A stretch of DNA of 64,000 bases from Mizuhopecten yessoensis. Lineage: Eukaryota. Below are positions 12,159-25,880 of this stretch, piece by piece. The translations under genes were made by a program, and so were the position numbers. The notes under the pieces were generated by a model. The model was not told where the DNA came from. It searched no databases and saw nothing but the letters and a program-made list of their open reading frames with translations. The stretch spans positions 1,376,062-1,440,061 of the forward strand of contig NW_018406397.1 of NCBI RefSeq assembly GCF_002113885.1, in the 5' to 3' direction. The stretch's first letter is position 1, and the number at the start of each line of letters is the position of its first letter.

Positions 12159-14454
12159 ACCCACCCACAGATAGGTCTCAGGATCCGCCACTGGTATTGT
12201 AATCGGAGGTCTAGGGTTCAAACACGGATTTGGTCCCGTTCCACATTTCTCACTTCTCTTCACTCGCTTCATTTTTTTTTTTTTTTTTTTTTTAATTATT
12301 AAAATAAAAAAATCCGCAAATTATGGAGTTCTTTACAGAAATGATTTTAAATCAATTAAGCTTTTGTCATGTAAAACAACTTCTTATTCAAGGTTACAGT
12401 GTACGGCAGAGGTACATGAATCCTGAAAGAGAAACATTGTGATGACTAGGAAACGTCTGTCGGAGTATCTTGTTTGGGAGGCGATAAATTGGCCTAGCCG
12501 TCCCAGACAGTGACGAGAGTAGTGGGAATATTGACGTTTTACAAGGCGAATCAGACAAAGCACCGCACCAATGGCCGACTTTGATACACAAACAAGTTCA
12601 TATAATTTCAAATGCTACATAAACTGTTTATCTAAGTACCATAAACATCCCTTAGGCATTGTCGGAGGAAGTACAATAAACATTTAGACAGACTTTTCAC
12701 CCTTACAAATAATACACTATGGTATATATATTGTGTTTTTTCCACTGCTCATTCACGAAATCTACACAATTCTCTGCAACAATGTGTACTGTATTACAGT
12801 ATTACTAATTGATGAAATAACTAGATAATTAGATGAGTTCTCTTGTTAAGTACTACATTAAAATCAGAATATCAAGCAATGAAAATAAATCACATGGAAA
12901 CGAAATCCTTAAGCTACAAGGTTAAACCTAAGATCTCGTTATAAATGGCGGAGGTCCAAGTTTAACACATATGCTGGTATGGGGTATTTCTGGTATGAGG
13001 TGAGTTCGTTTCGATTGAAAAGTGCACATACCTAATTCGCTTAAATATATTTTGTTCTTGGGCCAAAACACACATAATCTTATGTGACAGGTATTTTATT
13101 TTTAAAGTAAGATAAAAGTGGCGTGATTCGTAATTATAGATTTCATTAAAAATCGAAAATACGAAATAGTTTCTGTACATTGCTGAGCTCATTACACGTC
13201 ACTATAGAGTAACAGGTATACTTTATCAAGCCTTTGGTAAATTGAAAAATCCGTCCAATGTTTAGCATTATAGATGATATTCCGCCACCCGCTTCAACAC
13301 CGCTAAGGTAAAGAGTATGACATCTGTATGTGCCTATATGACTGACAACTGGCGAGGTCATCCGAGATTGCGTTGATAAGTACAATCTCGGTCCACATGA
13401 CACTTTACATAAATGGACCTACACTTTTAAACTCTTAATCATCTACACACTGACTGGGTTTTATATCTAAGCCAACAACACACCGAATGTTAAGTACCTA
13501 GCTCGAAATCGATAAATTCCAAGACAACCCCGATATATCCATGGCGGGGGCGATGAGGTGTTCCGAGTGTTCAATACTAGACTGTGCACACACAAAACTC
13601 CTGATCACGTCTGCAGCGGAATTACTTTTGTCAAAAAGAAACTCTGAGGGTTGGGGTGGGGTGTTAATTAAGCGTTATTTTTGTCAACCTCTAAGAATTT
13701 TGAGGAGTGGTGTTAAAAATCGGAGATTCTAGACAGATCACATGATCAATAAGTGAAAAGTCACTTTTTTCATTTTTTATTTTTTCTGCAATAGGTTCCA
13801 ACTCATTAGAAATTTATTCTGTTGTATAGTCCTAGGACCCAGTGTTCTGAGCCAGGTGACTCCATACCACGTTCTGTCACTGAAATCAAGAAGACAACGC
13901 CGATCGCACCAATAGAACGTCGGCCCTTTGGAACGTCTTTATTGCCAATAATAAATTGTTTATCAAACCTGGAGGAGGAAAACTACGTGTTATACAGACT
14001 GACTTCGAAAAAATAGGTGATTACGTACGGTGCTGAAATAATTAACCAATATTTGTGTATTACTGGTCCGTGATATAACCGCCATTTATTGTCTGCCCAG
14101 ATACATAATTTATTGCACTGCGTCGATCGAAGACACGTAAACAAATCTGAAGACATCTTCCATACTTCCTGGTCAAATTCAGCTTAATGACCACATTGCT
14201 ATGACAGTTGTATAATAACTACATTGCTATGACAGTTGTATGTTAGATACTATCAGTAACACCTGCGATGAACTCGTGATTTGTGTTTATTGAAAGTCTT
14301 TCCCACCAATCAACATAACAAGATCTTAAACAGACATACGATAGTCTGACCGCTACATCAAAACGAGAAAAGAAATCACACAGGATCCAACGGTAGTCTT
14401 GACGACACTCAGCACATTATGATCATACAGAGTCAGACGAAAGGTCCTACCAGG

Positions 14455-17400
14455 CTACACAATGGTATTAACGCCCTAACAACACAATAAGGTAATACAG
14501 GGCCAAACAGATTATTATTAACGCCCCATCAACACAATAAGGTAATACAGGGACAATCAGGTTATTCTTAACGTCCCAGCAACACAATGAGGTAATACAG
14601 GGTCAAACGGATAATTCTTAACGCCCCATCAACACAATAAGGAAATACAGGGCCAAACAGATAATTTTTAACGCCCCAGCAACACAATAAGGTAATACAG
14701 GGCCAAACAGATAATTTTTAACGCCCCATCAACACAATCAGGTAATACAGGGCCAAACAGATCATGTTTAACGCCCCAGCAACACAATAAGGTAATACAG
14801 GGTCAAACGGATAATTTGTAACGCCCCAGCAACACCATAAGGTAATACAGGGCCAAACAGATAAGTTTTAACGCCCCAGCAACACAATAAGGTAATACAG
14901 GGCCAAACGGATAATTTTTAACGCCCCAGCAACACAATAAGGTAATACAGGGCCAAAGAGATAATGTTTAACGCCCCAGCAACACAATAAGGTAATACAG
15001 GGCCAAACAGATAATGTTTAACGCCCCAGCAACACAATAAGGTAATACAGGGCCAAACAGATAATGTTTAACGCCCCAGAAACACAATAAGGTAATACAT
15101 GGTCAAACGGATAATTTGTAACGCCCCAGCAACACCATAAGGTAATACAGGGCCAAACAGATAAGTTTTAACGCCCCAGCAACACAATAAGGTAATACAG
15201 GGTCAAACGGATAATTCTTAACGCCCCATCAACACAATAAGGTAATACAGGGCCGAACAGATTATTCTTAACGCCCCATCAACATAATAAGGTAATACAG
15301 GACCAAACAAATAATTCTTAACACAACAAGGTCCAACAAGGTCACAAAGTAGTCCTCATGCTCCATCAACATATGCAAGTCATACAGGACCATACTGTAA
15401 TATTAACGCTCCATCAACTTAATAGGATCATACAGAGTCAGAGGAAATGTCCTCTCGGGCTACATGCGTACGATAGCTCCCCTTCAATACAATAAGGCAA
15501 TACAAGGCTACACAGATTATTCATAACGTCCCATCAACATAACAAGGTTCTTCCATGCTACACAATAATTCCTTTCCAACACAATGAATTAATACAGGGC
15601 CATACAGATTATTATCAACGCCGTCCAACAAAATATGGTCCGACAAAGTCACACAGCAATCTTCATTCTCTGTCAACACAATCAGGCAATACAACGCAAT
15701 TCTTAATGCCAATTAACACAATAAGGCTATACAAGACAACACCGCAGTATTATTTCACAAGCAACATAATGTAATACAGGGCCATACAGATTATTCTTTA
15801 CGTCCCCTCAACACAACAAGGTCCTACACGGCCACACAGTAACTCCCCTCAAACACATTAAGGTCCTACAAGGCAACACGGTAACTCCCAATCAACACAA
15901 TAAGGTCCTACAAGACCACACGATACCTCCACCTCAACACAATGAGGTCCTACATGGCCACACGATAACTCCACCTCAACACAATAAGGGCATACAAGGC
16001 AACACGGTAACTCCACCTCAACACAACAAGGTCCTACATGGCAACACGGTAACTCCACCTCAACACAACAAGGTCCTACAAGGCCACACGCTTACTCCAC
16101 CTCAACACAATACGGTCCTACATGGCCACACGGTAACTTCTAATCAACACAATAAGGTCATACTAGACCATACGATAACTCCCCATCAACACAATAAGGT
16201 CCTACAAGACCACACGATAACTCCCCATCAACACAATAAGGTCCTACAAGGCCACACGATTACTCCACCTCAACACAATAAGGTCCTACATGGCCACACG
16301 GTAACTTCTAATCAACACAATAAGGTCATACAAGGCAACACGGTTACTCCACCTCAGGTCATACAGGACCAAACGGATAATTCTTAACGCCCTAGCAACA
16401 CAATAAGGTAATACAGGGCCAAACAGATACTGTTTAACGCCCCAGCAACACAATAAGGTAATACATGGCCAAACAGATTATTCGTAACGCCCCATCAACA
16501 CAATAAGGTCCTACATGGCCACACGATAACTCCTCCTCAACACAATAAGGTCATACAAGACCACACGATAACCCCCCATCAACACAATAAGGTCCTACAA
16601 GGCCACAAGGTCCTACAAGGCCACACGATTACTCCCCCTCAACACAATAAGGTCCTACATGGCCACACTGTAACTCCCAATCAACACAATAAGGTCATAC
16701 TAGACCATACGATAACTCCCCATCAACTCAACAAGGTCCTACATGGCAACACGGTAGCTCCCCATCAACACAATAAGGGCCTACATGGCCACACGATAAC
16801 TCCACCCCAGCTCAACACAATAAGGTCATATATACAAGGCCACACGATAACTCCCCATCAACACAAGAAGGTCCTACATGGCCACACGATAAATCCACCT
16901 CAACACAATAAGGTCATATATACAAGACCACACGATAACTCCCCATCAACTCAACAAGGTCCTACATGGCAACACGGTAACTCCCCATCAACACAACAAG
17001 GTCCTACATGGCAACACTGTAACTCCACCTCAACCCAAAAAGGTCATACAAGACCATACGATAACTCCCCATTAACACAACAAGGTCCTACATGGCCACA
17101 TGGTAACTCCCAATCAACACAATAAGGTCAGACAAGACCATACGATAACTCCCCATCAACACAACAAGGTCCTACATGGCCACACTGTAACTCCCAATCA
17201 ACACAATAAGGTCCTACAAGGCAACACCGTAACTCCCAATCAACACAATAAGGTCATACTAGACAACACGGTAACTCCACCTCAACACAAAAAGGTCATA
17301 CAAGACCATACTATAACTCCCCATCAACACAACAAGGGCCTACATGGCCACACGGTAACGCCCCATCAACACAATAAGGTCCTACATGGCCACACGCTAA

Positions 17401-20400
17401 CTCTACCTCAACACAATAAGGTCATACAAGTCAACACAGTAACTCCCCATCAACACAATAAGCAACACAATGAGGTCCTACATGGCCACACGATAACTCC
17501 ACCACAACACAACAAGGTCCTACAAGGCCACACGATAACTCCACCTCAACACAATAAGGTCCTACAAGGCTACACGATTACTCCACCTCAACACAATAAG
17601 GTCATATATACAAGGCCACACGATAACTCCCCATCAACACATTAAGGTCCTACATGGCCACATGATAACTCCACCTCAACACAATAAGGGCATACAAGGC
17701 AACACGGTAACTCCACCACAACACAACAAGGTCCTACATGGCCACATGGTAACTCCCAATCAACACAATAAGGTCCTACAAGACCACACGATAACTCCAC
17801 CTCAACACAATAAGGTCCTACAAGGCCACACGATTACTCCACCTCAACACAATACGGTCCTACATGGCCACACGGTAACTTCTAATCAACACAATAAGGT
17901 CATACAAGATCATACGATAACTCCCCATCAACACAACAAGGTCCTACATGGCAACACTGTAACTCCACCTCAACACAAAAAGGTCATACAAGACCATACT
18001 ATAACTCCCCATCAACACAACAAGGGCCTACATGGCCACACGGTAACTCCCCTCAAACACAATAAGGTACTACAAGGCCACACGGTAACTCCACCTCAAC
18101 ACAATAAGTTAATACAAGGCAACACGGTAACTCCCCCTCAACACAACAAGGTCCTACATGGCCACATGGTAACTCCCAATCAACACAATAAGGTCATACA
18201 AGGCAACACGGTAACTCCACCTCAACACTATAAGGTCATACAGGACCAAACGGATAATTCTTAACGCCCCAGCAACACAATAAGGTAATACAGGGCCGAA
18301 CAGATTATTCTTAACGCCCCATCAACACAATAAGGGCCTACATGGCCACACGATAAATCCACCTCAACACAATAAGGGCATACAAGGCAACACGGTAAAT
18401 CCACCTCAACACAATAAGGTTATACAAGGCAACACGATAACTCCCCCTCAACACTATAAGGTCATACAGGACCAAACGGATAATTCTTAAAGCCCCAGCA
18501 ACACAATAAGGGTATACAGGGACAATCAGATTATTCTTAACGCCCTATCAACACAATAAGGTAATAAAGGGTCAAACGGATAATTCTTAAAGCCCCAGCA
18601 ACACAATAAGGTATTACAGGGACAATCAGATTATTCTTAACGCCCTACCTACACAATAAGGTAATACATGGTCAAACGGATAATTCTTAAAGCCCCAGCA
18701 ACACAATAAGGCAATACAGGGCCAAACAGATAATTCTTAACGCCCCAGCAACACCATAAGGTAATACAGGGCCAAACAGGTAATTCTTAACGCCCTAGCA
18801 ACACAATAAGGTATTACAGGGACAATCAGATTATTCTTAACGCCCCATCAACACAATAAGGTAATACAGGGTCAAACGGATAATTCTTAAAGCCCCAGCA
18901 ACACAATAAGGTAATACAGGGACAATCAGATTATTCTTAACGCCCTATCTACACAATAAGGTAATACATGACCAAACAGATTATTCGTAACGCCCCATCA
19001 ACACAATAAGGTAATAAAAGGACAATCAGATTATTCTTAACGCCCCATCAACACAATAAGTTAATACATGGCCAAACAGATTATTCGTAACGCCCCATCT
19101 ACACAATAAGGTAATACAGGGCCAAACGGATAATTCTTAACGCTCCATCAACACAATAAGGTAATACAGGGCCAAACAGATTATTCTTAACGCCCCATCA
19201 ACACAATAAGGTAATACAGGGCCAAACAGATAATTCTTAACGCCCCAGCAACACAACAAGGTCCAACAAGGTCACAAAGTAGTCTTCATGCTCCATCAAC
19301 ATATGCAAGTCATACAGGACCATACTGTAATATTAACGCTCCATCAACTTAATAGGATCATACAGACTCAGAGGAAATGTCCTCTCAGGCTATATGCGTA
19401 CGGTAGCTCCCCTTCAATACAATATTCATAACGTCCCATCAACATAACAAGGTTCTTCCATGCTACACAATAATTCCTTTCCAACACAATGAAGTAATAC
19501 AGGGCCATACAGATTATTATCTACGCCCACCAACAAAATACGGTCCTACAAAGTCACACAGCAATCTTCATTCTCTGTCAACACAATCAGGCAATACAAC
19601 GCAATTATTAATGCCAATTAACACAATAAGGCTATACAAGCCAACACCGCAGTATTAATTCCCAAGCAACATAATGTAATACAGGGCCATACAGATTATT
19701 CTTAACGTCCCCTCAACACAACAAGGTCCTACAAGGCCACACGGTAGCTCCCCTCAAACACAATAAGGTACTACAAGGCCACACGGTAACTCCACCTCAA
19801 CACAATAAGGTCATACAAGGCCACACGGTAGCTCCCCTCAAACACAATAAGGTCATACAAGGCCACACGATAACTCCCCATCAACACAATAAGGTCATAC
19901 AAGGCAACACAGTAACTCCCTATCAACACAATAAGGTCATACATGGCCACACGGTAACTCCCTATCAACACAATAAGGTCATACAAGGCAACCCGGTAAC
20001 TCCCCATCAACACAACAAGGTCCTACAAGACCACACGATAACTCCCCATCAACACAATAAGGTCATACAAGGCAACGCAGTAACTCCCTATCAACACAAT
20101 AAGGTCATACAAGGCAACACGGTAACTCCCTATCAACACAATAAGGTCCTACAAGGCCACACGAAAACTCTACCTCAACACAATAAGGCAATACTGGCCA
20201 TGGTCCATGCTGATTATTCTTAACTCTCCATCAACACAATAAGGTCCTACATGACCACACGGCAGTGTTAACTCCCTATCAACACAATAAGGTCCTACAT
20301 GACCACACGGCAGTCTTAACTCCCTATCAACACAATACGGTCCTACAAGACCACACGATAACTCCCCATCAACACAATAAAGTCATACATGACCACACGG

Positions 20401-20535
20401 CAGTTTTAACTCCCCATCAACCCAATAAGGTCATATTTGACCACACGGCAGTCTTACAAAATAAGTGTAACTCCCCATCAACACACTAAGGCAATACAAG
20501 GCCACACGGTATAACACGATAACTGATTAGGTCAT
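14455..20535. repeat. Composite minisatellite of related 50-bp and 42-bp units with higher-order duplication
   Basis: 50-bp unit ggccaaacagataatttttaacgccccagcaacacaataaggtaatacag (about 14460-15320 and 18240-19255). 42-bp unit aacacaataaggtcctacaaggccacacgataactccacctc (about 15830-18235 and 19730-20500). A diverged block starting at 15321 is repeated at 19251. Confidence 0.95.
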
Positions 20536-22106
20536 ACATGTCCCTTTGTTGTAGGGAAACATGATTATTTCTTAACCCGGAATTAAGTATATTTCAAGAG
20601 AGCGAAGACAACTTCAAAAATGGTCATACCCACCGTTATTATCATCTGTTTCTGTAACTCTATGTGTGATACGTTTTGCTCATTTTATAGAGAGGCGATA
20701 GAGTACAACATGATGTATTATTCCCTATCATATGTGCAAATTAATGACTCCCTTTTTATGTGTATATTTATTTACACAATTCTTTTATACAACCCGGGTT
20801 AAACATACATTGCCGAATTACTTCATAAGGCCGACATCGACATCTTGCTGTATAAGTTATGACAATATAACGAGGTTTCTTTTTCTTTCGGAACGGGTGC
20901 ATTTTTCATGTAACAAAACTAGTTGAAAGAACAACTTGGTGATATGAATTCTTGATATTCGGTGGGAATTCTACCCAATTTATGCGAGTTATGAGCCCGA
21001 CTTTTAAATGATGCTATCTTTCATTGTTTGTTTTGTTTAAGCCAACCCGTAAAATTGGTTAATAATTAGATTATAATCCAAGTGTAAACCCATTCTGCTT
21101 CAGAAACTTTTGTTTCGCTATTTACGACAGAGCTAGGAGGTCGCGCCGTCCCCAGTTAATGACCGTATATATGTTTGGGTAAAGGTATAACTGTAATTAA
21201 ACAAACCATATTCAAAGGATGTTTATCTCGGAACGGTCATGGTCTAATGAATGTGTATCAATAATGCAGGTTAACTAGCAGACATAATGTCAGAACAATC
21301 GGACTTTATGAAGCTGGAACAATTTGTGCTATTTTTATTACTTAGAATTAGGGTCGTCATGGCCACGTACACTGGGGGCAGGTCAACAAGGGCAATATGT
21401 TTGTCACTTTGAATATTTTTTTGCGATTCATTACATGTTTTCGATCGAATGACCATCGAACCTGTAAATGTTTAATCAAATATACGTTGTTTTTATGGAT
21501 TATATGTTATACTGTATCTTTAATAAATCTTTTAACGAGATTTGAAAAAGAAATAAAGTTCATTTGTTTTCTGGAATTTAAATAATTCTGCTTTATTAAT
21601 TAATATAGTGCGTACATGAAATCAAGTATGAGACAAATTTTAAATACCCGTTGAATTAGATAAAATGCCCTTTTTCAATTGAAAGGTTAATTTGGGGGGA
21701 GATCTGACCCACAATATTCCAAATGAATGAAATTAGTCATAGCGCATTACTAATTTATGTGTTTCTACCTGACTACCTCATTAACATGTCGCCCCTCAAA
21801 CCGGAAGTCACATACCGGAAGTTGGTGATTCGAATTAAATCATGTAAGCAATGCCAGAAAATAATCCTATGATGTCTGTATCATTGGTCACATCATGACT
21901 ACTAAAAGGCGCGTCAGACGAGACGTAAAACGGTGAACCCTATATAATGTCGTAGTTGTTAATTATCTTCATCATTATGTTTAATACATGTGAGAGTCAT
22001 GTAACTACACTGTGTCCTTCCCTTATTTTATAACACTGTTTCACTGTTATATCCCCAGACTATCTCTCACTCCTCAAGTCGTTAGTATATCTGCATCTAA
22101 TATCTT

Positions 22107-22215
22107 AGTGGGTTTTTTCTCCTGGTACTCCGGTTTTTCCTTAATACCAAAACCTGACACGTCCTAAAATGACCACAACTAAAACATCGATAGGACGTTA
22201 ATCTCAAACAAACCG
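22107..22215 (+). mobile_element. V-type SINE 3' half with tail
   Basis: gtgggttttttctcctggtactccggtttttcc...aaaacctgacacgtcctaaaatgacc...gataggacgttaa followed by an A-rich end. Confidence 0.7.
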
Positions 22216-22445
22216 AACTAAATATATCCTAAACTCCCCGCCCGCCTCCTACCACTTCCCGTCTACATTATTATAGTTACCCCTTCCTTAAAGTCTGGCA
22301 TGCTAAATAAGTAAACAGTAAGCAATCCGTATTGGATGTACCGCCTTCTGTCATTTATGTTCTTCTCCTTCCTCACCATAATTACACTTATATAATTTGT
22401 TCCGTCTCCTCCTCCCCTGACCTAACGCCTCCCCACAAATCTTAC

Positions 22446-22507
22446 CTGACACGTTTCCTCCTTGGGAATAGATAAGGAATCGGTCTGAGACACACCTGGG
22501 CAGCCAT
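22446..22507 (-). CDS. Probable first coding exon of the same gene (MAAQVCLRPIPYLFPRRKRV + AG)
   Basis: ATG in good context (aggATGG) at 22507, then 20 codons plus 2 nt, then a strong donor CAG|GTAAGA. The phase-2 intron matches the downstream exon (AG+A = Arg), giving a continuous frame. Intervening exons cannot be excluded. Confidence 0.65.
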
Positions 22508-23514
22508 CCTATAGTGTACAGGTAAATCCCGACCCTACCCAGGTGACATGGACAGTGAGCATGTTGTTTATTTATATACATAGACAACGATAAAATAATC
22601 ATGCTACTTACAGAAACAAAATCCTCAGATTTAAAGTTTTGCACAGCCCACATGTTAAAGGTCTAAACGTACCCGTGTTTGAGTTTATCGGATGTAAAAT
22701 TGACTAGAGGGGATTGTTTATTGGTCGGTTCTTAAAAAAAATCTTAATGTTTAATGTTTAATATTTAAAGAAGAATTAATGCGTACAGTATCATACACGT
22801 ACAATGTACAATTATAATAATAAAATCTTGATTTTCATTATTGTTTTGATGATGAGCACAAGCTTTTGTTATTTTAATTACAACTGTATGACTACCTGAA
22901 CAGGCACTCGATTAGGTGTATTGCCGCCCTATTAGGACTTGCTAGGTCTAGCCTAACAATTGCTGTTTATAATAAAATGTATATCAATTTGCAACTTGAG
23001 ATTAACTTTATAAATATTGACAAATCACTCAGATTGAATTCTATTTCTGCCCCCGAGAGCCGCGTTTGTTTGTAGTGACCATGGCTGGGTACTCCCGCAC
23101 AAAGCCGCGTAAATAAGCAGGCGGATAGATGGCGCGGCTTAGACAATAACCCCGTTTATAATGTCAAACTTACATCATCTAGGACGGGAACCTGACCCCA
23201 ACCAATATACCCAAGGGCAGATAACGCCCCGATTCTATGTCATTGTACATGTCTAATACAATTCCGGTTAGATCGAAATCTCTGCAAAATTTGGAGCTCA
23301 GTTTCGATTTTGGCATGTTCGATATGAAAATGTGTACCAATGGCTTGATTTAGTTGTCGCCTCAGTCTCATTCAGGGTTGAAATAACAAAGGTTTTGCAC
23401 ACAAACAAATGAAACCAGATAATGCAAAAGACGCGAAAAACATAGTCATAACACGTAAAACACGGGTACCTGTTCAAAACAGCAAAAGCTACAAAAACAT
23501 GTGACAAACATTAA

Positions 23515-23662
23515 TTCAGACAACTTACAACACTTTCAGACAACTAACAACACTTTCAGATAACTTACAACACTTTCAGACAACTAACAACACGTTCAGG
23601 CAATTACCAACACGTTCAGACAACTTACATTGTACAACACTTTCAGACAATTTACAACACAT
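23515..23662. repeat. 20-bp minisatellite (caacttacaacactttcaga), about 7 copies
   Basis: Visible 20-bp periodicity. Confidence 0.9.
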
Positions 23663-24532
23663 TCAAAGAACCTTATAAAACATTATAACATTTTCGCTGT
23701 ACAGACTTGAAATAAAACCAATCGGATCACCTCACCCTTTTCGTCACATGCTCGAAAAAAAATCATCACGGAAATGGCCGAAGTGGTCCGATTGCAAAAT
23801 ATCTCTACATTAGAATAACACAAAGAAATAGTACACGTGAGTATCATCCAATACCAATCCACTCGGGCTTTCCTTTAGGCTTTGTCATTCAAAAGCGAAC
23901 CTAAACGAGTATTAATTATTGTCTCCTGGGGGGGAAATGTGACCAAGGAAAACATATCTTGTTACATGTACAGTGAAAATGTTTTCCCCGCCATTTTGTA
24001 TACCCTTTGTTATGAATTTTGTGTCCTAGCAACAGTTAAGGACATACATTTATGAAGACGGAGTCCATAAAAGATGGGGCTAATCAATGGCCACTTTAAC
24101 TTGTCAGCTCACTGAAATGGCATCAGCTTGACACGGTAGCAGACGACTCCTAGCAGTCACGTTATACTGACAACAGGCTAATCAGAGAGGGAACAAACAT
24201 GACCAACAGAAAGAGTGGGTAGGGGATCATTTTGTTAAAAAAAACATTTGTTTGCAGTACAAAGTTGGTCTAAAAACAAAGCAATAACAAACAGAAATAA
24301 AAACAAAAAAGGAAAAATAGAAAAATATCTTTGTTGAGTTTAATGTCAATATTTAAGATTGAAATGCATTTTCTTCACATTTATGTTGGTACAAAACCTT
24401 ATCTGTCTTTAACAATTTTCTCCAACATACGAAAACCTCCAGACTATTTTTACTCCTCGTCACGCATTTTAAGAACTTACAACACATTGAGGAGGATTCA
24501 AAACATAGTAAGAATTCCTCAGAAAAAACATT

Positions 24533-24800
24533 AGGACAACTTCACAACTCATTTACACACTTTCACAACCGTATAAAACAACAGGACAACTTCACAACTC
24601 ATTGACATACTTTCACAACCATATAAAGCAACAGGACAACTTCACAACTCATTTACATACTTTCACAACCGTATAAAACAACAGGACATCTTCACAACTC
24701 ATTGACATACTTTTACAACCGTATAAAACAACAGGACAACTTCACAACTCATTGACATACTTTCACAACCGTATAATACAGCAGGACTACTTCACAACTC
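24533..24800. repeat. 50-bp minisatellite (aggacaacttcacaactcattgacatactttcacaaccgtataaaacaac), about 5.4 copies
   Basis: ttcacaactc recurs at 24541, 24591, 24641, 24691, 24741 and 24791. Confidence 0.95.
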
Positions 24801-25823
24801 AAATTTTAAGGGTTTTTTCAAGTTTTACTTTTAGACTCACGCCACACGTATACGTGCGTAACAAGCTTAAGAAGTCAACTATTAATAGTATACATTGATG
24901 GACACAGTACACACATAATATGACACGTAATACAAGATATATATAATAACAACCTATTTCAATAATTCTTGTAGCTAACTTATTGTAAGTATTAAGTAGC
25001 TTCATTACTTTTTGTAGAAATCTACTTACTTTTGTTAAAACTCATTAACATATAATGTTAAATATTGAAAAATAGCGGGACCACTTCACACCTCATTAAG
25101 ACAGTCACACAGTATACTATGATAACGTAAAACACATTAAAACAACCTCACAAAACCTGAAGTTCTCAATCAGACAGCTTCACAATACCTTAAGACAACT
25201 TAAAATGACCACCGAACAAGTTCACAAAGCAACGACAAAACATCACAATACAACACATTAAGATGACGTCACTTAGCGTTAAAATATCTAAACAACCATT
25301 ACATGTACACCATGTACGTCTCGCTAAGACAAACCTACATCAGACGCCAACAGAGGAACATCAGCACTGTGATAAGGCCTATACAAACACAGCGAAATCA
25401 TCATGTTTCATCTGAGTGGCCAAAAACCTCACATAATGAACAGATTGTTTTTGTATGAGAGACTTTGAGCTAATACTTTATCTCAACAATACAAAGGGCA
25501 AAAAAACATGTTTCATCATTATAAATTTCCACAAAAACCACACAACGCACACAAAAACAAAACAAAAACAAAAAACAAACACAATACGCTCACGCCTTTT
25601 CTTTAAGGTCATACATAGCATACACTGCATGATGTAATTCTTTATACAAATACTGTAGACATGTATTGTGTTAGAGAGTCGGAGAGATGAGAGATAAAGA
25701 AGAAACGAACATCAGAAGAGAGGAGGGAAGTACATCGGACATAAACGAATATGATCTGTGCATTATCGCAAATTCGCAAAGTGTGCTTATTCAGATCTAA
25801 ATAAAGATTTACAAGCATTGTTT

Positions 25824-25880
25824 TCACTCACTCACTCACTCATTCACTCATTCATTCATTCATTCATTCGTTCATTCATT
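25824..25880. repeat. (CACT)n/(CATT)n compound tetranucleotide microsatellite
   Basis: Seen directly. Confidence 0.9.

Noticed and set aside
12012-12272. Gly-rich ORF
   Set aside because: It spans the poly-C run and the N gap, so it is not interpretable.
13800-14016. Exon candidates on both strands around 13.8-14.0 kb
   Set aside because: Acceptor-like sites exist, but both frames end in stops with no recognisable homology or good donor.
17100-18264. His-rich (TPHQHNKVLHGHTV)n ORFs as metal-binding or byssal proteins
   Set aside because: They are translations of the 42-bp unit, broken by stops and frameshifting 50-bp units, antisense within an intron, with no signal peptide or clear splice sites.
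21271-21462. Intermediate exon of the minus-strand gene (acceptor tttacAG near 21463)
   Set aside because: In the phase required by the upstream exon it reaches TAA after 8 codons, and no convincing donor follows.
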